Shown: positions 50,289-60,077, counted from the stretch's first letter. The stretch: 64,000 bases of DNA from Felis catus (GCF_018350175.1 NC_058368.1:92506001-92570000); one strand, 5' to 3'. Made by a program: numbers and translations. The notes: a model not told the origin generated them from the sequence alone.

Positions 50289-51895
50289 AAGACCCTTTTT
50301 AAATAGTTTTAAACTGCAGTTTCATCCATTTCGAGGTCCCCAGATGCACCCCCCCAATTGATCTGGTAACTAGTTTCTCTCTTGGGGGTAAAAGCATTAT
50401 CCTCTTCTGGACAGTGAGTGTGAGAACCATAAAAAAATAGCACATTAGTGAAAAGTTCTCTTCCCTGGGAAAGAAACAGGCCTTTGGGTATCAGCTTTAG
50501 AGTAAATCCTAAGCTGCCCTCCAAAAATGGGGGATTTGGAGAGACCCAGCCAAAAAAAAAAAAAAAAAATCCTTTAACTTGGAATCATAAATTCTAAAAT
50601 TCACCTTGGGGATGGGTTATTGCCCCAAAGCTCCTCTTTTATAATGCAGACACCCTGGGGAGCTGTGCCACTTTTAAGGGACTAATTTGCCATTCAAAGC
50701 TCCTCAGCTTGTCTTTTAAGCTGAAGGGTGGTCTGGAGTTGCCTGCAGAGAATGGGCTGGAGGGGTGGGGCAGGGCTGAAAAGAGGAAGTGGAGGGGAGA
50801 GGGAAGAGTTGATGCCAGCCCCAGGAATCAGTGAGTCAGGACACCTTGGTCTGCTCTGGTGCTGCAACCAATTCACTGAGCAGCCTTGGGAGGTCAAAGG
50901 TCAACTTTTGGAGGCCCCGCCCAAAATGGTCTGCTGTTCTCTGTGGTTCTCTGTCCTGTGTTTCATCTGTTAGCTCCTACCGCTCCGATTTTAGGTGGAG
51001 CTCAAGAGATAGACCTCAAGGGCAGGCGAACAGTATCAAACTTTCTGGAATATTCCAGAAAGGTTTACTTGCATGCCGGCTTTTACCCATTTGGGCCCTC
51101 AGCATTATTAATCACGGCTGTTTTCAATTCTTGGTCTGATAATTCCAACAACCCTGCCTCCTCTGGGTCTGACACCTGCCCTGTGTCTTAAAACTGTTTT
51201 TTTTTTTTTTTGGTTTTTTGGTTTTTGGGGTTTTTTTTGGCCTTTTCGTATGCCTTGTAATGTGTTTGTGATAGCCAGGCAGGACTGACCAGATCAAAGG
51301 AACTGCTGTTAAATGGGCTTTAGGAATGTGGTGGAGAGGTGTGGGGGCGGGGAGGGGTCTATAGTCCTCTGAGTAAGGCCTCAGTCTTTCCCTGTGCCTT
51401 TACCTCTGCACTAGAAATGTCACTAGTGTTTCTCAGGTTCCTTCTGCCCCATTTAGGCAGCACAGGATGGGTAAAGAGGGCTGGACTTATGTATCTCCCT
51501 TTCCTCAGGTCAGTTAGGCTCTGGTTAACCACTTTCTCCTGAGGACAGACCTTATTAAGAACAGAATGCCCAGGTGTATTTCAAAATGACTCCTTCTCTC
51601 TCCCTCTGGAAGCACGAGTGAGGATTTTTCTCCAATACTTACCATGAGAACCAGCTTCAGCTCCTAGGGGTAAATCTCACAAAAGTTTGGGGGCCTCCCT
51701 CTGACGGGGACCCCTGTGGTTTTTAACTCTCAGGCTTGTCCACGCTAAGCTTCCAGCAGTTAACTAATTGCAATTCAGGTTTTGCGGCTCTGGGGCTGGT
51801 TTCCATGGAGGCTTCTGCTGGGGTGTGTTGGTATTCTTTGTATTTTCCTGTCTGTCTGTCCTTCCAATTCCAGGGCCTCTTGTTTATCCTGTGAC

Positions 51896-52304
51896 TGAAA
51901 GAGCGGACCTAGACTGGCCGACTCCATTTTGTTTTGTATCCTCCATTTTGAGTGACTATGTCTCCAACATGGCCCCCTTTCCGGGAAAACCGCAGAAAGA
52001 AATTCCCGTTCAAACTTCCCGTTCAAACTTCCCGTTCAAACCACGCCCGGCAACCTGCGCAACGGGACTCTGACCTTTCCCCAGCCAATCGGCTAAGGCC
52101 ACAACCATTACCCCACCAACTACCCTTAGATCCCTATAAAACCTTTGTGCTTTTGAAACTCCCTCTCTCTCTCTCCGGCATCTCACCGCTGCGTCTGTGC
52201 AGGTAGGGGATTGAGCTCGAGCTAGCTCGAATAAAGGCTCTTTGCTTTTGCATCAGACTCGGCTCCCTGATGGTTTTTGGGGATCACGAATTCTGGGCAT
52301 AACA
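51896..52304 (+). mobile_element. 5' LTR of the provirus (409 bp)
   Basis: Starts TGAAAGAGCGG, ends GGCATAACA; CCAAT 52085-52089, TATAAAA 52135-52141, AATAAA 52230-52235; three copies of 13-mer TTCCCGTTCAAAC; aligns to the 3' LTR. Confidence 0.97.
52085..52141 (+). promoter_or_regulatory. LTR U3 core promoter (CCAAT box and TATA box)
   Basis: CCAAT at 52085 and TATAAAA at 52135, 50 bp apart, in the usual gammaretroviral U3 position. The TATA is intact here but reads TATGAA in the 3' LTR and TGTAAA in the solo LTR. Confidence 0.8.
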
Positions 52305-52306
52305 TT

Positions 52307-52324
52307 TGGGGGCTCGTCTGGGAT
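52307..52324 (+). promoter_or_regulatory. Primer binding site, tRNA-Pro
   Basis: TGGGGGCTCGTCTGGGAT, 2 nt after the 5' LTR; 17/18 match to the MLV-type Pro PBS TGGGGGCTCGTCCGGGAT (C>T at a CpG). Confidence 0.93.
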
Positions 52325-52692
52325 CCCTAAGACCCCCGAGGGACCCCCGACCCAGAGAGCCTGACTGGCCACAGTTAGTGTCTGTTCGTTCCCTGTCTCT
52401 TCTCTGTGAGCTCATTTCTGAAATTCTGGTAGTGCCTGGCGCGGTCTAAGTGGACGCACTGGAGGACCATGGGCTGGGAATTTTGGAAGATGTTCTGATC
52501 CTCCCTTCTGGAGGGATGTGGATTCCCCTCAAAGGTCTGTGACAAGGCGGGTCACTCCTGCCGGTCGGCGTGAGGCCGTCGTCTAGCTTTCAGTTTTGCT
52601 TCCATGGAGTTGGAAGACTGTTTCTAAGGGCCCTCTGTTTGTATGTTTCTGTGTTTTTCTGTTTTGTTCTGTGGACTTACTGGACGGACGTT

Positions 52693-54312
52693 ATTGGACA
52701 GACTCAGACTACTCCTCTAAGTATTATGATTGATCACTTTAAGGATGTCAGGGGAAGAGCTAACAACCTCAGTATGGAAGTCCGAGAGGGTCGGTGGCAG
52801 GTTTTTGTTCTAAAGAGTGGCCAGCTTTCCATGTCGGATGGCCACCAGAGGGAACCTTTGACCTCCCTATCATCCACCAAGTCAAGGGTATCATCTCTCG
52901 GCCCAAGACGGGCCATCCTGATCAGCTCCCTTACATTATCACTTGGCAGGACCTTGTAGAAGACTCACCCTCTTGGCCTAAGCCCTTCCTAGCCCCACAC
53001 CCTCCAGAGCCAAAACCCATTCTTGCTTTGCAGGGGACAGAAGAAGGAGAACAAGAAAAGTCTTACCCAGCCTTCAGCACCCCTCTACCCTGTCCTACAG
53101 GGGGGGACTGAAGAAGAATTAATTTTTCCTCCCCCGTATAACCCCCCTAGGATGCCAGAAGAACACCAACCTCCCCCTCCGGGGGAGGCAGATGCTGTTC
53201 CGAGAGTGGGAGGTGGAAACGCTCCAGTGGGAAACCCGCCCTTTACCAGACAGAGGGCTCAGAGGGAGCAATCCATCTCCACCGCTGACTCCACTATTCT
53301 GCCCCTGAAAGCCACTGGACCTCCAGACGCGGAGGGGAATCAGCCCCATCACTATTGGCCTTTCGCCACTAGTGACCTCTACAATTGGAAAGCTCAGAAT
53401 CCTAAGTTTTCCGAGAAATTGGCAGGGCTTATTGATCTATTAGACTCTGTTCTTTTTACCCATCAGCCCACGTGGGATGATTGCCAGCAGCTTTTGTAGG
53501 TCCTGTTCATGACTGAGGAAAGAGAAAGTATCCTCAATGAGGCCCAAAAACTAGTTCCGGGTGCAGACAGGAATCCCACCACCAACCAGGCTCAGATAGA
53601 TGCCTCCTTCCCTTTAACTCAGCCCAAGTGGGATTTCAACACAGCAGAAGGTAAGGAGAGGCTCCAGGTCTACCGCCAGACTCTAATGGGGGGTCACTGA
53701 ATGGCTGCTAGGAAACCAACCAATTTGGCTAAGGTAGGAAATGTGCAACAGGAAAAAGATGAATCTCCAGCTGCCTTTTTAGAACAGATCATGGAGGCAT
53801 TCCGTACCTATACTCCCATGGATCCAGAGGCTCCAGAAAGCAAGGCAGCTGTTATCATGGCCTTTGTAAACCAATCAGCCATAGACATTAGGAGAAAATT
53901 ACAGAAAATAGATAGACTAGGAGAAAAGACTGCAGGACTTACTGGTGGTAGCCAAAAAGGTATCTAATAACTGGGAGCCTCCTGTTATTAGATGCTCCCA
54001 TCTAATAACTGGGAGCAGGCTCACCCCATGGCGGCTGCCAGCAGTAAGCAGACTCGAGACCTGGCCAGAATACTACTAGCTACCACTTCTGACTCCCCCG
54101 AGGAACGAGACTGCCGTCTCCAGCAGCTGGCAGACAACTCAAGAGGAGGTAAAGGAACCACCAACGGGGGGAGGCAGAGGCTGCAGAAAGATCAGTGTGC
54201 ATACTGCGAGGAGATAGGGCATTGGGCCCGAGATTGTCTGAAAAAGGCTGGTGGGAAGGGAAATAAGACTGATCAAGTGAAAGTCTTAGAGCTAGATGAA
54301 CTGAGTGATTAG
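52693..54312 (+). pseudogene. gag: gag (MA-p12-CA-NC), disrupted
   Basis: Start codon decayed to ATT (I-GQTQTTPLS); MA motif [19 protein letters not shown]; late domains PSAP and PPPY; CA YWPFATSDLYNWK and THQPTWDDCQQLL; MHR QEKDESPAAFLEQIMEAFRTYT; single CCHC knuckle CAYCEEIGHWARDC; stops at 53497 and 53698 plus several frameshifts; ends at TAG 54310-54312. Confidence 0.95.
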
Positions 54313-54372
54313 GGGAGTCAGGGTTCGGATCCTCTCCCTGAGCCCAGGGTAACTCTTAAAGTGGAGGGGACC
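54310..54372 (+). promoter_or_regulatory. gag-pol stop-codon readthrough signal (TAG, purine-rich spacer, pseudoknot)
   Basis: TAG GGGAGTCA GGGTTCGG...CTGAGCCC stem with loop CCTCTCC complementary to downstream GGAGGGG; pol continues in the same frame, as in MLV-type gammaretroviruses. Confidence 0.8.
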
Positions 54373-56851
54373 CCTGTTGACTTCTTTTTTGACACCGGAG
54401 TACAACATTCGGTCCTCTGCACCCCACAAGGAAAACTAGCCAGCAAGAAGTCCTGGGTACAAGGGGCAACTGGTATGAGCCAGTATTCATGGACTACCCG
54501 AAGAACGGTAGATGTGGGGATGGGCCAGGTATCCCACTCCTTTATGGTAATACCGGAATGCCCCTACCCGCTGTTAGGACGGGACTTACTGACCAAGATT
54601 GGAACTCAGATAACTTTCAGACAAGGGGGGCCTCAGGTCACCAATGGCAAGGGCCACCCCATCCAGGTCCTGACCATGAAACTGGAGGATGAATACCGTC
54701 TCCACCAGGAGGCGCTCCCGAGAGAGGATAATATAGACAGATGGCTACAAGAATTCCCCTCGGTTTGGGCAGAGATGGTGGGGATAGGACTAGCCACTCA
54801 CAGGACCCCAGTCCTGGTAGAGCTCAAGCCAGGAGAAGGTCTGGTAAGAATCAAACAATACCCCATGTCTCAGGAGGCCCGGAAGGGGATCCAGCCACAC
54901 ATCCAGAGACTATGAAGCCTGGGGGTACTAGTTCCTTGCCAGTCTGCCTGGAACACCCCCCTACTGCTGGTCAAAAAGCCTCACACAAATGACTATCAAC
55001 TGGTACAAGACCTCCGGGAGGTAAATAAGAGGGTCACGGACATATACCCAACTGTTCCCAACCCATATACTCTCTTGAGCTCCTTGGCGCCCTCCAGGGT
55101 CTGGTATACTGTACTAGATTTAAAGGACGCCTTCTTCAGTCTGCCGCTGGCACCCCAGAGCCAACCCTTGTTCGCCTTCGAGTGGCATGATCCGGAGGAG
55201 GGCTACACACCTGGACACGGCTGCCTCAGGGGTTTAAAAATTTGCCCACCATCTTCGATGAGGCACTACACGAGGGCCTGGGTGAGTACAGAAAGGAGCA
55301 CCCTGGCCTCAGCCTCCTACAGTACGTAGATGACATCCTGATTGCTGCCGACACAGCCGAGGACTGTGAGCGAGGGACTCAGAACCTGTTGGCTACCCTG
55401 GGGGCCTTGGGGTACAGGGCAACCATGAAGAAGGCTCAGATATGCAGGGAGAGGGTAAGTTACCTGGGATACATCCTGGAGGTCAGACAGCAGCAGTTAT
55501 CAGATGCCAGAAAAGAAACTGTCCTAAAGATCCCTACTCCCACCTCCCAAAGGGAAGTAAGGGAATTCCTAGGATCGGCCGGCTACTGCTGCCTCTGGGT
55601 TCCGGGTTTTGCTGACAACTACCGGACCTGGGAGACCCAGTTTTACCAGACCAGCCCAAATACTCCCAGGAGGAGTTACAGCGGATCAAGAAACCCCCCC
55701 TCCCCCCACCATGGCCCAGGAGATAAAGGGATGGTGGTATACACCTAACAAGGAGCTCGTGCTGCCAGACCGGCTCAGAGTCTCAGTATTAGAGCACATG
55801 CATCGGTCTGCTCACATGGGGGCCCGAAAATTAAAAGACTTAATCCGACATGCCATAATCAAGATTCACCAACAGGACACCAAAATAGAGCAAGTTGTAT
55901 CTGCCTGCAAGACCTGCCAACTCACCAACGCGAGAGCCACATCAAATAAAAAAGGAACCAGGCTCAGAGGCATCAGACCGGAAGCCCAATGGGAGGTTGA
56001 CTTCACTGAAGTTAAACCAGGAAAGTATGGTTATAAATATCTTTTAGTATTTACAGACACCTTCTCTGGCTGGGTGGAGGCATACCCAACCAAGCATGAA
56101 ATGGCTCAGACGGTGGCTAAGAAGCTACTAGAAGACATCTTACCCAGGTATGGTTTTCCTGCCATGGTAGGATCAGATAATGGACCAGCTTTTATCTCAC
56201 AGGTAACACAGGCAGTAGCCAAGGCGGTGGGGGCAAACTGCAAATTACATTGTGCTTATAGGCCCCAGAGCTCAGGACAGGTAGAAAGAATGAATAGAAC
56301 CCTAAAAGAGACCCTTACCAAATTAACCATGGAGACTGGCGGGGACTGGGTGACTCTCCTACCCTACGCCCTTTACCGGGTTAGGAACACTCCTTACACC
56401 CTGGGTTTTACTCCCTACGAGATCATGTTTGGCAGGCCACCCCCTATTATTCCCAACCTTCCAGCTGAACTTCTTGCTCAGTTTAAAGATCAAGAACTTT
56501 TTCTTTCCTTGAGAGGGCTCCAGAGGGTGCATGAGGACATTTGACTGCGCCTCCGTGCCATCTATGAGGCCAGCCCAACCCCGACACCTCATCAGTACAG
56601 GTGGGGAGACTGGGTCTACGTCAAGAGACACCGCTGAGAGACCCTCAAGCCACGCTGGAAGGTACCCTACATCGTGGTGCTGGCAACCCCACCGTTCTTA
56701 AAGTAGATGGCATCACTACCTGGGTCCATTACACCCACGTTTGGCCAGCGGACCCTCCATGATCCAGAAGGACTTTGTCACACGATGGGCCGTCAATTGG
56801 GACCAACACGACCTGCTCAAGCTGAAGCTACAGCGCATTCAACCCACCTAA
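54313..56851 (+). pseudogene. pol: pro-pol (protease, partial RT, integrase), disrupted; RT connection/RNase H deleted
   Basis: PR DTGVQHSVL and [46 protein letters not shown]; jump at about 55614 from WVPGFA to the IN N-terminus; [34 protein letters not shown]; premature stops at 54913 and 56542; frameshifts near 55207 and 55700; probable ancestral stop TAA 56849-56851. Confidence 0.95.
55711..56544 (+). CDS. Open integrase-core ORF (277 aa), C-terminal domain truncated; translation unproven
   Basis: ATG in CCACCATGG context; uninterrupted HHCC zinc-binding and DDE catalytic core; ends at premature TGA 56542-56544. Confidence 0.35.
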   Translation: MAQEIKGWWYTPNKELVLPDRLRVSVLEHMHRSAHMGARKLKDLIRHAIIKIHQQDTKIEQVVSACKTCQLTNARATSNKKGTRLRGIRPEAQWEVDFTEVKPGKYGYKYLLVFTDTFSGWVEAYPTKHEMAQTVAKKLLEDILPRYGFPAMVGSDNGPAFISQVTQAVAKAVGANCKLHCAYRPQSSGQVERMNRTLKETLTKLTMETGGDWVTLLPYALYRVRNTPYTLGFTPYEIMFGRPPPIIPNLPAELLAQFKDQELFLSLRGLQRVHEDI

Positions 56852-57525
56852 TATTGGTAACTCTGTTAGCTCTGCTTGTCACTGCTCATGTTGCCGGGAG
56901 TCCCCACACCCCCCAAAACATCACCTGGCAGATCATAGACACCAGCTCGGGGACAATACTTAATCAGACTTCCCAGAGCCACCCCAGGGACACTTGGTTC
57001 CCAGAACTTTGCGTAGACCTCCAAACTCTGCTCCTCTTGTCACCATACGCCCCTGGATTCCATGCGCAGAACCTTTATTTCTATGTCTGCCCCGGCCACT
57101 CTCGCTCGAGCACATGCGGGGACACGGCTGACTACTTTTGCACCTCCTGGTCATGTGTCTTGACAGGGCACATCTGGTGGACCCCACCATGCACCGGAGA
57201 TCTTATCGTGGTAAAGCGGCCCAGTGGCCCCCGACCGCCATATGCCTGGGGGCGCGGTAATCCCATAGTTATATCCTTTACAAGCCAAGGTAAAAAAACA
57301 ACAGGATGGGAGAGTGGAAAAACTTGGGGACTCAGGATATATGACCGGGTTAGGCTGGGAGCCAAGGACAAGGAAACGTTATTTACCCTCCGAATGCAAG
57401 CGACTCCCCTTGCCCAGCAGTCCCCCACAGGGGTAGGACCCAACCAAGTACTAGTTCCCCGACCTGCCCCCGCCCGGACGGCCACATTCCCCCTGGACAG
57501 TCACCTCTCTGTAGTGAAACCCTAA
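56785..57525 (+). CDS. env: Truncated Env: signal peptide plus SU receptor-binding domain (246 aa; an upstream in-frame ATG at 56707 gives 272 aa)
   Basis: ACGATGG Kozak context; hydrophobic core [17 protein letters not shown] followed by SPH; SU motifs [37 protein letters not shown]; sequons NIT and NQT; stop TAA 57523-57525 after a 15-aa out-of-frame tail. Confidence 0.7.
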   Translation: MGRQLGPTRPAQAEATAHSTHLILVTLLALLVTAHVAGSPHTPQNITWQIIDTSSGTILNQTSQSHPRDTWFPELCVDLQTLLLLSPYAPGFHAQNLYFYVCPGHSRSSTCGDTADYFCTSWSCVLTGHIWWTPPCTGDLIVVKRPSGPRPPYAWGRGNPIVISFTSQGKKTTGWESGKTWGLRIYDRVRLGAKDKETLFTLRMQATPLAQQSPTGVGPNQVLVPRPAPARTATFPLDSHLSVVKP

Positions 57526-58322
57526 CAGTCCCTAGGGAGACAGTGTATCTACTTCCTCCTGAAAATGCATGGTGGGCCTGTTCCAGCGGCCTCACTCCCT
57601 GTGTCCACTCCCAGGTCCTTAACTCCTCAAAGGAAAGCTCCATACTTGTGCAGTTGATTCCCAAGTTAGTGTACCATTCGGGGGAAGAAATACTTAACAG
57701 GTTAGGCTCTGCTAACCCCCGAAGTAAAAGAGAGCCTATTACAACCTTAACTCTGACTGCGCTCTTGGGACTGGGATTATCTGGGGCAGGGACCAGAATA
57801 TCCTCACCTGTCATCCAGGACAAAAACTACCAAACCCTAAGGGCAGCCATTGACTTAGACATAGAAAGAATTGAGAAATAAATTTCTCATTTATAGGAAT
57901 CCCTTACTTCCTTATCAGAAGTAGTACTCCAAAAGAGAAGGGGATTAGACTTATTATTCATGCAGCAAGGAGGACTATGTGCAGCCCTAGGGGAAAAATG
58001 TTGCTTCTGTGTTGATCACTCAGGGGTCGTAAAAGAATCTATGGCCCTCATAAGGGAAGGGCTACAAAAACGTCATAGAGAGAACAATCTCAGTCCTGGT
58101 ACGAGTCTTTGTTCAACTGGTCTCCCTGGTTAGCTACCCTCATCTCGGCCCTTGCCGGACCCCTCACCATCCTGCTCCTACTAGTAACCCTCGGACCCTG
58201 TATCAACAGGCTGGTCCAGTTTGTCAGGGACCGCGTGGGGGCCGTCCAACTAATGGTCCTCTGTGCTCAGTACAAGCCCTAATAACAGAAGAGACAAAAT
58301 AGAAATGCAGCCGGTCCTATGA
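57480..58322 (+). pseudogene. env: env 3' part (SU C-terminus and TM), disrupted
   Basis: In a different frame from the [14 protein letters not shown]...[19 protein letters not shown], furin site RSKR, fusion peptide [38 protein letters not shown]6CC (CAALGEKCC), TM anchor; stops at 57879 and about 57894 and a later frameshift. Confidence 0.93.
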
Positions 58323-58344
58323 CTGGGTCCGTAAGCTACATGAC

Positions 58345-58354
58345 AAGGGGGGAA
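58345..58354 (+). other. Polypurine tract
   Basis: AAGGGGGGAA immediately before the TG of the 3' LTR. Confidence 0.9.
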
Positions 58355-58752
58355 TGAAAGAGCGGACCTAGACTGGCCGACTCCATTTTGTTTTGTGTCC
58401 TCCATCTTGAGTGACTGTGTCCCCGACATGGCCCCCTTTCCAGGAAAACCGCAGAAAGAAATTCCCGTTCAAACTTCCTGTTCAAACCACGCCCGGCAAC
58501 CTGCACAACGGGACTCTGACCCTTCCCCAGCCAATCGGCCAAGGCCACAACCATTACCCCATCAACTGCCCCTAGATCCCTATGAAACCTTTGTGCTTTT
58601 GAAACTCTCTCTCTCTCTCTTTCCGGCATCTCACCACTGCATCGGTGCAGGTAGGGGATTGAGCTCCAGCTGGCTCAAATAAAGGCTCTTTGCTTTTGCA
58701 TTGGACTCGGCTCCCTGGTGGTCTTTGGGGATCACGAATTCTGGGCATAACA
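58355..58752 (+). mobile_element. 3' LTR of the provirus (398 bp)
   Basis: Same termini as the 5' LTR; AATAAA 58678-58683; two copies of the 13-mer; about 25 substitutions versus the 5' LTR by manual count. Confidence 0.97.
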
Positions 58753-58978
58753 GTGACCTCCATTCTTTTACAAATCTAAGAAGAGTTGTTGATGTTTTCA
58801 GTCTGTTCAGCTTGAGATGGAATGGTGACTTCCAAACTCCTTATATGTGGAGTTGGGAAGCAGAAATGCGGGAGGTTTATTTTATCATAGCTAGTGTCAA
58901 TCGATTCTGAAGTATGGCCTTATCTTTACAGCACAATCTGTTACTCTCTGCCTCTGGGTTGATGTTAAAAAACCCTAC

Positions 58979-59717
58979 TGATGAAGTTTTGGGGTGATGG
59001 TGGGGTGGTCCGTTGCTGACGGCCAAGAAAGAATTCTTGAAGACGTCTTTGGTGCAAAAAGGTGATTTTATTAAAGCACGGGACAGGACCTGTGGGCAGA
59101 AAGAGCTGCACTGGGGTTGTGACGAGAACTGATTATGTACCTTCAGGTTGGGCGGTGGTCAGGATAGAATAAGTCTAGAGTAAATATTTTGGAAGCGAGG
59201 TTTCCAGGACCTTGAGGGGCTAGCTGGTGTTAGGAAAATACCATGCATTACTGTTTAATAAAACCTCAGTCATGAGACCCTTCAGATGTACATCAGGGGC
59301 CATAAGCTTGGAGTATGATTGCCAGCATATACCTTGGGGGGCACTGAGATAAAGGACGTTTCCAAAGGAATTTTTATATGTTAAAGCAGACTTACAGGAT
59401 CCTGGAGGTTGGGATGATAAGCCAAGATTCTCTTTTGCCCTCAGCAAAGTGTCATCATTGAGGCAGCTGAGCTCCTAGAGGGAGGTCGCTCTGCCTGTTT
59501 CAAGGACTCCCATGGGCTGTAGGCAGTAAGGGAATTTAATTTTTCATTTGCCTTAGGTTCCCACATCACCACGGCAAGCACTTAACCCTCTTTCCTTTGT
59601 TCTTGGGTAGCTGGGAGTGACTGAGGAATATTACGTATTCCTCTGGGGAATAACATGGTGGGGTGGGGTGCTGCTAGCCTGTATTTTGTCCTCAGCTGGC
59701 CCCACACTCCCTCATCA
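58979..59717 (-). mobile_element. Solo LTR family B
   Basis: TGATGAAG...CTCATCA; TSD CTAC/CTAT; collinear with 49413-50121. Confidence 0.9.
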
Positions 59718-59817
59718 CTATTATCTCTGGTCTTGCAGTACCTCAGGGGTCTCCAGGTTTTTTCAGGGATAAAACTCATTTTTCAAATTCTCGAAACAAA
59801 TAAAATATTCGATTTCA

Positions 59818-60077
59818 GGTTTTTTTTTTTTTTTAATTATTTTAGAGAGCGCACACACACGCATATGCGGTTGGGGAGCGAGGAGCAGAGAGAATCTTTT
59901 TTGCTTTTGAATGCTTGTTCATTTTTGAGAGAGTGCATGCGTGCAAGTAGGGGAGCTCAGAGAGAGAGGGGCCAGAGGATCCCAAGCGGGTTCCGTGCTG
60001 ACAGCAGAGAACCCGATGTGAGATCATGACCTGAGCCAAAGCCAGCTGCTTAAGCGACTGAGCCGCCCAGGAGTGCC
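59818..60077 (-). mobile_element. CAN-SINE fragments (two tails, one body)
   Basis: Reverse consensus motifs. Confidence 0.75.

Larger units (their letters stand above)
51896..58752 (+). mobile_element. Defective endogenous gammaretrovirus (ERV1/class I) provirus, 6857 bp
   Basis: Two TG...CA LTRs (51896-52304, 58355-58752), tRNA-Pro PBS, gag/pro/pol/env motifs in canonical order, PPT, and flanking direct repeat GTGAC (51891-51895 / 58753-58757). Confidence 0.98.

Noticed and set aside
20005..58752. Solo LTR and proviral LTRs as ends of one giant element or recombination product
   Set aside because: Independent intact TSDs (AACC versus GTGAC) and different U3 structure.
51896..58752. Replication-competent virus or syncytin-like fusogenic env
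   Set aside because: The gag ATG is lost, there are multiple stops and frameshifts, RNase H and the SU CWLC block are deleted, and TM is interrupted by stops.
49413..59717. Two same-orientation family-B LTRs about 9 kb apart enclosing gag-pol-env, suggesting one large provirus
   Set aside because: Each has its own TSD (CAGA versus CTAC/CTAT), they are antisense to the coding region, and the coding region has its own LTR pair, PBS and PPT.
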